Shown here piece by piece: positions 8,892 to 17,832 of a stretch of DNA of 37,863 nucleotides. The stretch comes from a virus (lineage: Duplodnaviria > Caudoviricetes), in the IMG/VR virus record IMGVR_UViG_3300032295_001490, positions 1 to 37,863 of that record; one strand, given 5' to 3'. How positions within the stretch are numbered: position 1 is the stretch's first letter; every line of letters starts with the position of its first letter. Under the pieces are notes generated by a model. It was given only the letters and a program-made list of their open reading frames with translations. It made no database searches and had not been told where the DNA came from. The translations under genes and the position numbers were made by a program.

Positions 8892-9436
8892 GTATAGCCT
8901 CGTACTCTGTCAAAGAAAGAAGGCTTGTTAACTTCAGGCCCTTTGACTTCACCGTGACGCTTATGTTGACCACCATAGTCATAGTATTTACCTATTAGGT
9001 CATATCCATGTTTGAAAAACAATGCGGCTGGTGGTTGACTCATTCTCATTATACCAACACGTTCTTTGCCTTGCGGTGCAGGCTTTACGCCCTTCTCACC
9101 ACGTTTAATCGGTTGTAACCAAGCATTGGGTTTGAGTTTTACTAACCATGCATAAGGTTGTTCGCTTGCATAAACAGTACGTTTTTGATCCAAATATGTT
9201 TCTAATGGGTAGAACCAAAGTACAGGACGACCTTTACCATGACCAATGTAATCTACGTCAAAGTTAGGGTCGTCAGCATCTGGCGTTTTACCAAACCATT
9301 GTTTAGCACTATAGCCTAACTTGTCCATACCAGTAAATCTCACAAAGTATTGTCCAGGACCGTTCTTCTTAACATCAGCAAGAATTTGATCTCGGACGCT
9401 TACTTTGGCTTCTGTGATGAACTCAACTGACCTCAT
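8888..9436 (-). CDS. hypothetical protein, putative head-internal protein
   Basis: N-terminus MRSVEFITEA resembles the T4 internal-protein capsid-targeting sequence (MKTYQEFIAE). Confidence 0.65.
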   Translation of the reverse strand: MRSVEFITEAKVSVRDQILADVKKNGPGQYFVRFTGMDKLGYSAKQWFGKTPDADDPNFDVDYIGHGKGRPVLWFYPLETYLDQKRTVYASEQPYAWLVKLKPNAWLQPIKRGEKGVKPAPQGKERVGIMRMSQPPAALFFKHGYDLIGKYYDYGGQHKRHGEVKGPEVNKPSFFDRVRGYT

Positions 9437-9437
9437 A

Positions 9438-11384
9438 TTAGTGTTTTAATAGTAGGGTTGATATAATGTTAGGATCGTTAGCACTTATATCACCCTCACC
9501 CGGTGCAACAATAACGTTGTACTTCATGCCTGCCGGTATAGACTTGCGCTTAGCCATGTACTCATCATAGCTAAGAATAGAGTTCGCACTGAGTCCGTAC
9601 TCACTAGCCAATCTTTGTTTTAGTTCAGGTAACTTGTCAGGTTGCACTTGCGATTGTCCGCTTGGCCCCTTAACTAAGTTTTTCTTTTCGTCCTTAACTA
9701 ACAAATCTTGGAACAAGTCATCAGGAACAATGCGACTATTCTTAGTTGTATCTAAGTTAGCATCTTTAGCTTTGACTTGCTTCTCTTGTCCTGTATTAGC
9801 ACCCTCACTCCAGTTGATAATAAAGTTAGCTGGCTTCTGTGCTAGTGCCGCATCAGCCATCTTTGTATAAGCATAGAACTTAACACCAGGATGTTGTGCA
9901 GCCATCTTCAATGCCATGTCTAAGTATTCTGGACTAAAGAAGTCACCGGCATCGTGCCAACGAATAGTTACTTCATAACCACCTTTATCTCCCAACTTTT
10001 CTTCTTTAGCAATCTCTGCACTTAATTGACCAAAGAAACCATCTGGATCATTCAATAGATATGTTAGTATGCGACCATCACTCAACCATGCGGCTTTAAA
10101 CTGAACTTTACCACCCTTCATTGCAAAGCAATCTACCTTACATGAACCAGCACCCGGGCATGTATTAACGATGATTAGATTGTTTGTTTCTTCATCTAAT
10201 GCAATACCGGTCAATGCGGCAAAGCCAACGTTGAAGAACTGTTCTAGTTCACCGTTACTGTGTTTCATCTTTTCGTTTTGCTTTAACAACTTCTTAGGGC
10301 GTTGTCCTAAAGCGGCTTTAATTTTATCTTCACTGTAATTCTCTCCATCAGGACCTAGGTATTCAATTACACTACTACGATGGATATAAGGCATTTTATA
10401 TCTGTCTGTTTTTGTTTTACCAGAGACATACTTTTCATTGCCCTTCTTATCAGTCTTAACATTACCTTGTTTGTCAACATCAGGTGTACCAACGATACGC
10501 TTCATATAGTCTTGAAATTCATCGCTACCCAAATCACGTGTTTGTGCTGGTAGTTTTGTAGCTTCACCTAGCCCGGATAATTTGCGAATTTCTGCTAAAT
10601 GATCTTCACCTTCCGCCACACCTTGCTGACCTTGACTCATTCTGTGTAGAGTATTCAACTCATCCATCATGGCCTTTCCTGCTTGTTTAACATCGCCAGT
10701 ATGTTTCATAATTGTATAGGCAGTATCAATAGCACCCAGCATTTCTTGTTCGCTGGGACGCCATCCTTTAACAGTCTTGGCTAAAAAGTCCATTATCCGC
10801 GGCGCTGTCTTTAGCAAATGTGCCTTGTATTTTTCTGCTTCTTCAGAACCTTCCGCCACACCTTGTCCTAATACTTGTTTTACTAACAGTTGAGGTGCAA
10901 AATCCATATCACCTGCTAACTCTCTTGCGGCTGCTAATACTGCTTGTGGAGTAGGTTGTAATCTTTTTTCTTCTACATCCCGGCGTAGTTTCATAATAAG
11001 AGATTGTGCATCATATCCTAAATCTCTAACGCCCTCCGCCACACCTAGTTTCTTATCTCTCTTTACAGCATCACTGTATGTTTTCAATACACCAGGATTC
11101 TTTTTAACAAGTTTGTTTAACTCTTTGCCACTTTCAATATCTTTTGACTTTTGAACATCTTTGGCATATTTTTTAGTCAAGTCAGGTCTTGCCTTCAACA
11201 AATCTCTTAGCATTTTATCATATTCATCTTCTTCTAATGTATCTTCTGCCACACCTTGCTCTGATTCTTCACCGGGCATGTCGCCAGCTTTAGCAACGAA
11301 TTGCTGAGGTGTCATAATTTGGATACCCTCTGGGGCTCCTGCTAATTTTGGCTCTGCGCCTTCCATTAAATGTTTGATTTTCAT
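9438..11384 (-). CDS. modular protein with GVAE(G) repeats and C-terminal GP88-like Cys-rich domain
   Basis: ATG at 11384 (MKIKHLMEG); four GVAE motifs; C-terminal TCPGAGSCKVDCFAMKG, IRWHDAGDFFS and FYAYTK. Confidence 0.75.
   Translation of the reverse strand: MKIKHLMEGAEPKLAGAPEGIQIMTPQQFVAKAGDMPGEESEQGVAEDTLEEDEYDKMLRDLLKARPDLTKKYAKDVQKSKDIESGKELNKLVKKNPGVLKTYSDAVKRDKKLGVAEGVRDLGYDAQSLIMKLRRDVEEKRLQPTPQAVLAAARELAGDMDFAPQLLVKQVLGQGVAEGSEEAEKYKAHLLKTAPRIMDFLAKTVKGWRPSEQEMLGAIDTAYTIMKHTGDVKQAGKAMMDELNTLHRMSQGQQGVAEGEDHLAEIRKLSGLGEATKLPAQTRDLGSDEFQDYMKRIVGTPDVDKQGNVKTDKKGNEKYVSGKTKTDRYKMPYIHRSSVIEYLGPDGENYSEDKIKAALGQRPKKLLKQNEKMKHSNGELEQFFNVGFAALTGIALDEETNNLIIVNTCPGAGSCKVDCFAMKGGKVQFKAAWLSDGRILTYLLNDPDGFFGQLSAEIAKEEKLGDKGGYEVTIRWHDAGDFFSPEYLDMALKMAAQHPGVKFYAYTKMADAALAQKPANFIINWSEGANTGQEKQVKAKDANLDTTKNSRIVPDDLFQDLLVKDEKKNLVKGPSGQSQVQPDKLPELKQRLASEYGLSANSILSYDEYMAKRKSIPAGMKYNVIVAPGEGDISANDPNIISTLLLKH
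10609..11258 (-). repeat. four dispersed 17-bp direct repeats, consensus CAAGGTGTGGCGGAAGG
   Basis: Copies at 10609-10625, 10849-10865, 11032-11048 and 11242-11258; spacings 240, 183 and 210 nt, all in frame. Confidence 0.9.
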
Positions 11385-11401
11385 GCTGGTTTCCGTAAAA
11401 T

Positions 11402-11430
11402 TTGACAATAAATACGACTTATTGTATACT
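11402..11430 (+). promoter_or_regulatory. sigma70 promoter for uvsE
   Basis: TTGACA-ATAAATACGACTTATTG(17)-TATACT. Confidence 0.75.
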
Positions 11431-11458
11431 ATCTAATATTTATCATTCTGGACTTCTT

Positions 11459-12484
11459 ATGCACTCTTTCGACATTACTACTAAACGCATCGGCTTTGCT
11501 TGCAAATGGGCTGAAATCAACAAGAAAGGCGAGATTGCCAGCACAGAGGGCCTCAATACAGGCGGCACTACAATGGCTTGGGCAAAGCGCAACAATCGTT
11601 CTAAGGTTGAGGAAAAAATCATTGATGTTGCAAAAACCAACATTCTCAACACACACGCACTAGTCAAAAAGGTAGCTACTCTACCCGAACCACTACGTAT
11701 GTTGCGTATCACTAGTGACATGTTCAGTTTTTATACACATGAGGACTATACTGACTTTTGGCAACGACCCGACATTCAATCAAGTCTTGAACGTTGGATG
11801 GCACCCATCGGCGAGACTGCACGACAAAACAATGTTCGTCTTAGCTTTCACCCTGACCAATTCGTAGTTCTTGCAAGTGATCGTCCTGATGTAGTAACTA
11901 AGAGTATCGAGGAGTTCGAATACCACGCTACTATGGCTCGCTTTATGGGCTATGGCAAGACGTTTCAGGACATGAAGATCAACGTTCACATCAGTGGTCG
12001 TCAAGGTCCCGAAGGTATTCGTAAGGCATATCAGCGTCTGTCTCCCGAAGCACGTAACTGTATCACTATCGAGAACGAAGAAAATGCCTGGGGACTTGAC
12101 GATTGCCTTACTCTATCTGATCTGCTTCCAATTGTTTTGGACATTCATCATCATTGGTGCAGAGAGGGAGAATACCTGGCAGTCACCGAAGAGCGGGTTC
12201 AGTCTGTTATTAATAGCTGGCGCGGTATTCGCCCTACTCTACATTATAGTGTGTCACGTGAAGATATCCTTGTTGGTCATTGCAGTAATACTTTACCATG
12301 CCGCAACAGCTTAATTGCTGAAGGTACTAATAAGCAAAAGCTACGTGCCCATAGTGACTATTACTGGAATCATGCAGTAAATAAATGGGCAATGACTTTC
12401 AATGATAAATTCGATATGATGTGCGAATCTAAGGCTAAGAATTTAGCTAGTTTCAAACTATATGAGGAATATGTGAATGTTTGA
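11459..12484 (+). CDS. uvsE: UV DNA damage endonuclease (UvsE/UVDE)
   Basis: RIGFACK, LRITSD, RLSFHPDQF, TIENEE, VLDIHHH, HYS, RAHSD and MCESKAK. Confidence 0.92.
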   Translation: MHSFDITTKRIGFACKWAEINKKGEIASTEGLNTGGTTMAWAKRNNRSKVEEKIIDVAKTNILNTHALVKKVATLPEPLRMLRITSDMFSFYTHEDYTDFWQRPDIQSSLERWMAPIGETARQNNVRLSFHPDQFVVLASDRPDVVTKSIEEFEYHATMARFMGYGKTFQDMKINVHISGRQGPEGIRKAYQRLSPEARNCITIENEENAWGLDDCLTLSDLLPIVLDIHHHWCREGEYLAVTEERVQSVINSWRGIRPTLHYSVSREDILVGHCSNTLPCRNSLIAEGTNKQKLRAHSDYYWNHAVNKWAMTFNDKFDMMCESKAKNLASFKLYEEYVNV

Positions 12485-12917
12485 TAAATTAAAAAATATG
12501 TTTAAGAAGGAGGAGGTCAAGCCTGAACCTCTTCCACAATCTGAGGCAAAGAAAGAAAAGAAACCACGTAAACCACGTGTGAAAAAGGAAGCTTCAACTA
12601 TCAGCGAAAAGGAACGTGCTACCAAAGCAGGTGAACCTTATATCTCTATTGTACGCATGGACATTGACCCAAACGATGTAAATAACGGGTCATTTGAACT
12701 TGATTGGAATAGTAAATTCGTTGCTAACTTGGCACGTGCAGGATTTCAAATGAAACCAAATGAACCTGAGTCTGACATTGTGGATCGATGGTTTCAAACG
12801 GTATGTCGCAATGTCGCATTAGAAGTGTATGAGCAACAACAAGCAGATCCAACTAACCGGGACATGCGTAACGTAGTAACACGTGACTTAGGAAATGGGC
12901 GAACCGAGGTCAGTTAA
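12477..12917 (+). CDS. conserved hypothetical protein
   Basis: ORF track; GAGGA SD. Confidence 0.75.
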   Translation: MFDKLKNMFKKEEVKPEPLPQSEAKKEKKPRKPRVKKEASTISEKERATKAGEPYISIVRMDIDPNDVNNGSFELDWNSKFVANLARAGFQMKPNEPESDIVDRWFQTVCRNVALEVYEQQQADPTNRDMRNVVTRDLGNGRTEVS

Positions 12918-12952
12918 GGTTGCAGATAATTCATTTTAGTGTATAATAGAAG

Positions 12953-12987
12953 TCTTGTTGAGCATAGTGTTCAACAAGATTTTTTTT
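12953..12987 (+). terminator. 12-bp hairpin plus U8 tract
   Basis: TCTTGTTGAGCA-TAG-TGTTCAACAAGA followed by TTTTTTTT; lies just downstream of TATAAT at 12942-12947. Confidence 0.6.
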
Positions 12988-13000
12988 AAAGGAAACAAAA

Positions 13001-14209
13001 ATGGCAAAATTATCGCCTACTCAAAAATCCTTTCCGTGGACTGATGTTCCGAAAGGTCAAGTGATTGATATCACAAAGATCAAGAATGCTCTTGATAGCA
13101 AACGACTCAAAACAGCAAAGCCAAAGACATTGGCACAATCTGTTGCTGAACTTGAGAAGAATCCAATCATCATAAACATGTTGGATGACTTGAAAAAGAA
13201 GAAGAGGAAGTTTGATCCAAATAAGATCGGCACTGTCAAGAAACAAAAAATTGGTCGAGCAACCATTTTAGAAGAAACTCAACGTTTGGTCATCGTTAAG
13301 CACATTGCTGACATTGGTGCAAACTGCCAAGAAGAACTATTAAGTCCTGCATTTGCTACTATCAGTGCAGATGGCAAAACAAACCCATTGTTTGATACAC
13401 AACACGGGATGAACCTTGTTGGTTTGTTCGCAAAGCATGGTCTTTGGCAAGGTGTTGACCCTGCTAAGTGGGAAGACTTTGAATTCCCGTTCTTTGTAAT
13501 TAACAACAGTGATGTTGCCTTTGCTAACGAGGCTGCATATCACCGCAACGGTAAAGGTCAGAAAAAGTGGACAGCATTCGACTTCCACCGAATCAAAGTT
13601 GCAGGTGTTCGTCAGCATGGCTCTAAAGAAAAAGACTATGTTGATGCTGAAAAGCGCCAAAAAATTTGTGAAAAGAATGAAGCTATCCCCGTACCCGCAA
13701 GCGATAACGCACAGAAAGGTAAGGCAGGCACATTAGATCGCATCGATGCAGTTTACAACTGGAGTCATAAAACATTAGACTTTATTCTTGCTACACACAA
13801 GAAATATTGGCATGGTACAAAGATCGACAGCGCCGCTTTTGGTTTGTATGGTCACTTATATGACAACTTGAAAAAGAATAACATCCCAATGTCAGGTAAA
13901 GACTGGGACGAATTCTTAGACAACTTCCATGCAATCATCAAAAAGTGTTTCACTGATTTGGGTACTCTGCGTACAGAAACAGAAAACGCACATGTGGCAT
14001 GGCATAGCATTGCTTATCCCAATGTCCCGAATCACAAACTGAAATCTACTAACTGTGCTTTGGCTATTGTGTTGAAAATCTATCAACGGTTGGATACTAC
14101 TAACAGCATCTACATCACTAACGATGTGAATGACTTCACATATGTCAACGAGGACATCTATGATTACCTCGATCCAGTAGACGTTCTTGAGGCTGTGAAG
14201 AATGCCTAA
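13001..14209 (+). CDS. hypothetical protein, possible ParB/Srx-like (DGQH-type) domain
   Basis: 402 aa; LFDTQHG resembles the DGQH(R/T) motif; AAGGA SD. Confidence 0.55.
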   Translation: MAKLSPTQKSFPWTDVPKGQVIDITKIKNALDSKRLKTAKPKTLAQSVAELEKNPIIINMLDDLKKKKRKFDPNKIGTVKKQKIGRATILEETQRLVIVKHIADIGANCQEELLSPAFATISADGKTNPLFDTQHGMNLVGLFAKHGLWQGVDPAKWEDFEFPFFVINNSDVAFANEAAYHRNGKGQKKWTAFDFHRIKVAGVRQHGSKEKDYVDAEKRQKICEKNEAIPVPASDNAQKGKAGTLDRIDAVYNWSHKTLDFILATHKKYWHGTKIDSAAFGLYGHLYDNLKKNNIPMSGKDWDEFLDNFHAIIKKCFTDLGTLRTETENAHVAWHSIAYPNVPNHKLKSTNCALAIVLKIYQRLDTTNSIYITNDVNDFTYVNEDIYDYLDPVDVLEAVKNA

Positions 14210-14645
14210 ACTTAAACTACCCAAGAAGTGCGGGTGGTTTTATATTCTCCGTTTACGCCATAACAACATTTTGGGGTTTGGCATAACGGAGAATCAGAAC
14301 ATCAAAAACTACCTAATCAAACGATACATCAACCCAGGTGCAAACAAAGGTCAAGTATTTGACTATTTGTACTATGGAAAAATGTCACAGATTCGTGCAT
14401 TGGAAAATCATATCAAGCACGAATGGGGTGAACATCTATTAATCATTCACAATGATAAGTTAGAATGGTTTGCGCCTAGCGCAAATATTACCGACAAACA
14501 AACAATAGAGTTTATTGAAGCAAGATGCAAGAATAACTACCCTGAAATTTACAAGGTTAAAGAGGAATTCTTGCCATTCTCTGCTGATAACACTTTCGAA
14601 AAGATTCGAGAAAATCCAGACATGTTCTTAGAGGTAATCAAATGA
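14202..14645 (+). CDS. GIY-YIG/T5orf172-like nuclease-fold protein
   Basis: WFYIL...GFGIT, ALE..IK and EWF pattern. Confidence 0.5.
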   Translation: MPKLKLPKKCGWFYILRLRHNNILGFGITENQNIKNYLIKRYINPGANKGQVFDYLYYGKMSQIRALENHIKHEWGEHLLIIHNDKLEWFAPSANITDKQTIEFIEARCKNNYPEIYKVKEEFLPFSADNTFEKIRENPDMFLEVIK

Positions 14646-15139
14646 GTGAAATGGTATCTGTAAACACTTTTAAACCCGTATTCTTGCAAGACTTGGTTAA
14701 CTACCTTTATGAAGATGAGAATGAATTAGTCCAAGAATTCAAAGTAAGGGAATTACTTGAGGTTGATGTTAACAAAGGATTCTTTTGGGAAAAGGTCCTT
14801 GCAAAAGCAATGCCACATACTACAAGGCTCAAGGCAAATGCCTGGCACATGGATTATGCCGATGGTTCTGATGCCAAGTTTGCTGTGGCAGGTAGATATG
14901 CCTCAGGACCCTTGGTTGCAACTATCCACACTTACAACAAGATTGGCCCATTGCGTGTCTGTATTTGCGTAAAGGGACAACATCGCCATAAAGTATACTT
15001 TATGCTTATTCCATACTCTTACCATAGCAAATTGAATCCGAATTCACCCATCAAAGTGACTATCAGCAACTTTATGCCCTACGGTGAGGTTTGGAATCGA
15101 TTTCGTTGTTCTTGGGAAGAAGTTACCAAACAGATTTGA
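14642..15139 (+). CDS. hypothetical protein, possible PD-(D/E)XK nuclease fold
   Basis: WEKVLA...MDYADGSDAK, an E...D...DxK spacing. Confidence 0.45.
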   Translation: MSEMVSVNTFKPVFLQDLVNYLYEDENELVQEFKVRELLEVDVNKGFFWEKVLAKAMPHTTRLKANAWHMDYADGSDAKFAVAGRYASGPLVATIHTYNKIGPLRVCICVKGQHRHKVYFMLIPYSYHSKLNPNSPIKVTISNFMPYGEVWNRFRCSWEEVTKQI

Positions 15140-15164
15140 CAAGTAATCTAAATAGTAGTATACT
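15136..15164 (+). promoter_or_regulatory. sigma70 promoter for rnh
   Basis: TTGACA-17-TATACT; its TGA is the stop codon of the upstream gene. Confidence 0.75.
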
Positions 15165-15200
15165 TAACGAAACTTATCTAACTACATATAGATCCCACAC

Positions 15201-16211
15201 ATGAAATACGCACTCATCGACACTGCTAACACTTTCTTCCGTGCCCGTCACGTTGCATCACGTAACAGTGACCCATGGGAGAAGGTGGGGATGGCACTTC
15301 ACCTTACACTAGCGTCGGTCAATCAAGTGGTTCGCAACCATAAAATTGACCACGTTGTATTCTGCTTAGAAGGTAGGTCGTTTCGCAAAGACTTGTATGA
15401 GCCGTACAAGAAAAATCGTATTGTCAATACACTCAGTCAAACTGAGGAAGAGGTTGAAGAAAATGCCCTCTTCTGGGACACCTACGATAAATTCACAACC
15501 TTTCTCAAAGAAAAGACCAACGTTAGCGTATTACGTCATGAAAATGCCGAGGCAGATGACTTGATTGCACGTTTCATTCACCTACATCCCAATGACACGC
15601 ATTATATTATTTCTACTGATTCCGATTATGTTCAGCTTATTAGTGAGAACGTGCTCCAATACAATGGTGTCACAAATGAACTTGTTACCATCAACGGATA
15701 CTTCAAAGATAACGGCAAGCCGGTACTAGACAAAGAGAAAAAGCCCAAACTTCTTGAGGATACACCCGACTATCTACTATTCAAGAAAATTATTCGAGGT
15801 GATGCGGGAGACAACGTTTTCACAGCATATCCCCGTGCTCCCGAAAAAGGTAGTAAAAATCGTGTAGGCATTCGTGAGGCATACGAAGATCGTAATAATC
15901 AAGGCTTCAAATGGAATAACTTCATGTTGCAACGCTGGCTCGATCACAATGGTGAAGAGCAACGTGTGCGTGAATGCTATGAACGCAATAAAATGTTAAT
16001 TGACTTGACTGCACAACCGCAGGAAATCAAAGATAAGGTAGATCAACGTATTAAGGAATCTGTACGAGTAACTACTACTCCACAAGTTGGTGTACACTTT
16101 ATGAAATTCTGTGGTAAGTATGAACTTGAAAAAATATCCCAAAATGCTGAAACTTATGCTAAGTGGCTTAATACACCGTATCAAGGGAACATACATGAAT
16201 CTCTTGTTTGA
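15201..16211 (+). CDS. rnh: 5'-3' exonuclease / T4-type RNase H
   Basis: LIDTAN.FFR, YKKNR, EADDLIA, STDSDYVQL, RGDAGDNV and ERNKMLIDL. Confidence 0.9.
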   Translation: MKYALIDTANTFFRARHVASRNSDPWEKVGMALHLTLASVNQVVRNHKIDHVVFCLEGRSFRKDLYEPYKKNRIVNTLSQTEEEVEENALFWDTYDKFTTFLKEKTNVSVLRHENAEADDLIARFIHLHPNDTHYIISTDSDYVQLISENVLQYNGVTNELVTINGYFKDNGKPVLDKEKKPKLLEDTPDYLLFKKIIRGDAGDNVFTAYPRAPEKGSKNRVGIREAYEDRNNQGFKWNNFMLQRWLDHNGEEQRVRECYERNKMLIDLTAQPQEIKDKVDQRIKESVRVTTTPQVGVHFMKFCGKYELEKISQNAETYAKWLNTPYQGNIHESLV

Positions 16212-16226
16212 GAAGCAATTGAAAAA

Positions 16227-16682
16227 ATGAAAAAGATTTATTACATCAAAGAAGGACGAAAGTATGTTCCAGTTGCAGAATATGACAACGAACTTTTGGA
16301 TAGTTTTCCAAAGGGCACTCATTTGGTTATGGTTTATCCCGGAGGCACTAGTCGCCGGTTTAGTATTGATCCTAACTATGCGGCTATGATTGCCGCTGGT
16401 AGAGTAGCAGAGGATGCCATTTGTCGTGCTATCAGCAAAGCCAGTGAGCTACGTCCAAAGAGTACACCTATTACAGAAGCACAACAAAAAGCATGGAAAA
16501 AGTTAGCCAAAGAAATGGGTGATGAACTATGTACCTTATATGGGCTTAGTGTACGTGATTGTGCAGAGGCAGGTGTTAAGGCTATGATGGAAGAGGCTAA
16601 CCATTTAATGGAGAACCCATCTGTAAAGAAAGCATACGAGCATTTCTTGTTGATGTGTGAGTTGACCAAAGACAATAAATGA
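16227..16682 (+). CDS. hypothetical protein
   Basis: ORF track, operon packing. Confidence 0.75.
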   Translation: MKKIYYIKEGRKYVPVAEYDNELLDSFPKGTHLVMVYPGGTSRRFSIDPNYAAMIAAGRVAEDAICRAISKASELRPKSTPITEAQQKAWKKLAKEMGDELCTLYGLSVRDCAEAGVKAMMEEANHLMENPSVKKAYEHFLLMCELTKDNK

Positions 16683-16876
16683 AAACAAGGGAAGAGATTA
16701 TAACATCAATGTGCTATACGTATCGTCATGACTATGGATTAAACCGTAGTGATGACGATGCGCCATGGGTTGCCGGGATGACAGATTTTGAACGCAAGGG
16801 CCTATGGCAAACAATGGCTCAGATATTTGATAACGATATCGCACCACTTATGAAATTGAAGGAAAATAATGACTAA
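16679..16876 (+). CDS. hypothetical protein
   Basis: ORF track, ATGA overlap. Confidence 0.7.
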   Translation: MKTREEIITSMCYTYRHDYGLNRSDDDAPWVAGMTDFERKGLWQTMAQIFDNDIAPLMKLKENND

Positions 16877-17327
16877 TTTAATTGCAAAACCTATTATAAA
16901 AGACCAATATTGGGTGGTTACTGACGGTGAACAAAAAGTAGGCAACGTAATTGCTGAAGGTTCCGGATTTAACCTAAAGATCAATGGTGTCAGTAAACAC
17001 TTTGAAAATACTTCTGAATTGAAGCGTACCACACGAATACAGTTTCAAACATTAAAAACAGACAGAACCAAAGCAGAACTACCTTTTGCTAAGTTCCCAA
17101 CTGTAGGTAAAGTACATAACTCAATGCTAGATATCAAACGCAGATTGCATTTGTTTACCAAAACTACAAAAAGTAAATGCTACTATGCCGCAGGATGGTT
17201 TGCTATCAATCAAAATGGTGAGTTTGAAAAGGTTCTATGCCCTAAGTATATCTTTGTGCAACGCTATCCATACTATGGTCCGTACAAAACAGAAACCGAA
17301 GCCGAGAGTGTCATAAATAATCTATGA
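16869..17327 (+). CDS. hypothetical protein
   Basis: ORF track, AAGGA SD. Confidence 0.75.
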   Translation: MTNLIAKPIIKDQYWVVTDGEQKVGNVIAEGSGFNLKINGVSKHFENTSELKRTTRIQFQTLKTDRTKAELPFAKFPTVGKVHNSMLDIKRRLHLFTKTTKSKCYYAAGWFAINQNGEFEKVLCPKYIFVQRYPYYGPYKTETEAESVINNL

Positions 17328-17530
17328 TTCACATTAAACGATTCATTGATAAGGTTTCTATGACTGAAAGTAAGCACGGTAAAGATTTTGTTATGCCTAT
17401 AATTGAGGCCCGTGGCTTGCGTGATGAATTGGCTAAAATACTAGCAGATCAATATCAAATTAATAGTGAAAAAAAGCCTGATGAAGAACCGGTAATAAAA
17501 GTAGAAATAAAAGGTGGAAGTTTTAAATGA
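17324..17530 (+). CDS. hypothetical protein
   Basis: ORF track, ATGA overlap. Confidence 0.7.
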   Translation: MIHIKRFIDKVSMTESKHGKDFVMPIIEARGLRDELAKILADQYQINSEKKPDEEPVIKVEIKGGSFK

Positions 17531-17832
17531 GTAGATCACAACCAAAAGTCTTGTTAGAGTTAGTTGACAAGAAAACATACAAGTGCGATCAAATTGTAGA
17601 AGCCGCGGGTATTTGGGCTGTGTTCTATGACGGTCAACCTATCAATCTAAAGAGCCAACATTACTTGGATAATCAAACAACTCCCAAGTATAAAAAAACG
17701 AGTTTCAGTAATCCAGGTCATGCACGTAACTTGTGCCGCAAACTGAACGTACAATTCAAAACAGACAAGTTTACAGTGGTCTTCATGAACTCGGGTAGTG
17801 TGGTGTACCCCGATGACCATCAAATCGATTAA
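17527..17832 (+). CDS. hypothetical protein
   Basis: ORF track, ATGA overlap. Confidence 0.75.
   Translation: MSRSQPKVLLELVDKKTYKCDQIVEAAGIWAVFYDGQPINLKSQHYLDNQTTPKYKKTSFSNPGHARNLCRKLNVQFKTDKFTVVFMNSGSVVYPDDHQID

Noticed and set aside
10609-11258. GGTGTGGCGG as a Chi site or true CRISPR repeat
   Set aside because: It does not match GCTGGTGG, is confined to one reading frame of one gene, and the spacers are 166-223 nt of coding sequence.
11385-11458. Track starts at 11408 (-) and 11402 (+)
   Set aside because: They run through the divergent promoter region; ATGs at 11384 and 11459 fit better.
14202-14645. Intron- or intein-associated homing endonuclease
   Set aside because: No flanking gene is split, and ligase, ClpX, RNase H and QueE have normal lengths with no intein motifs.
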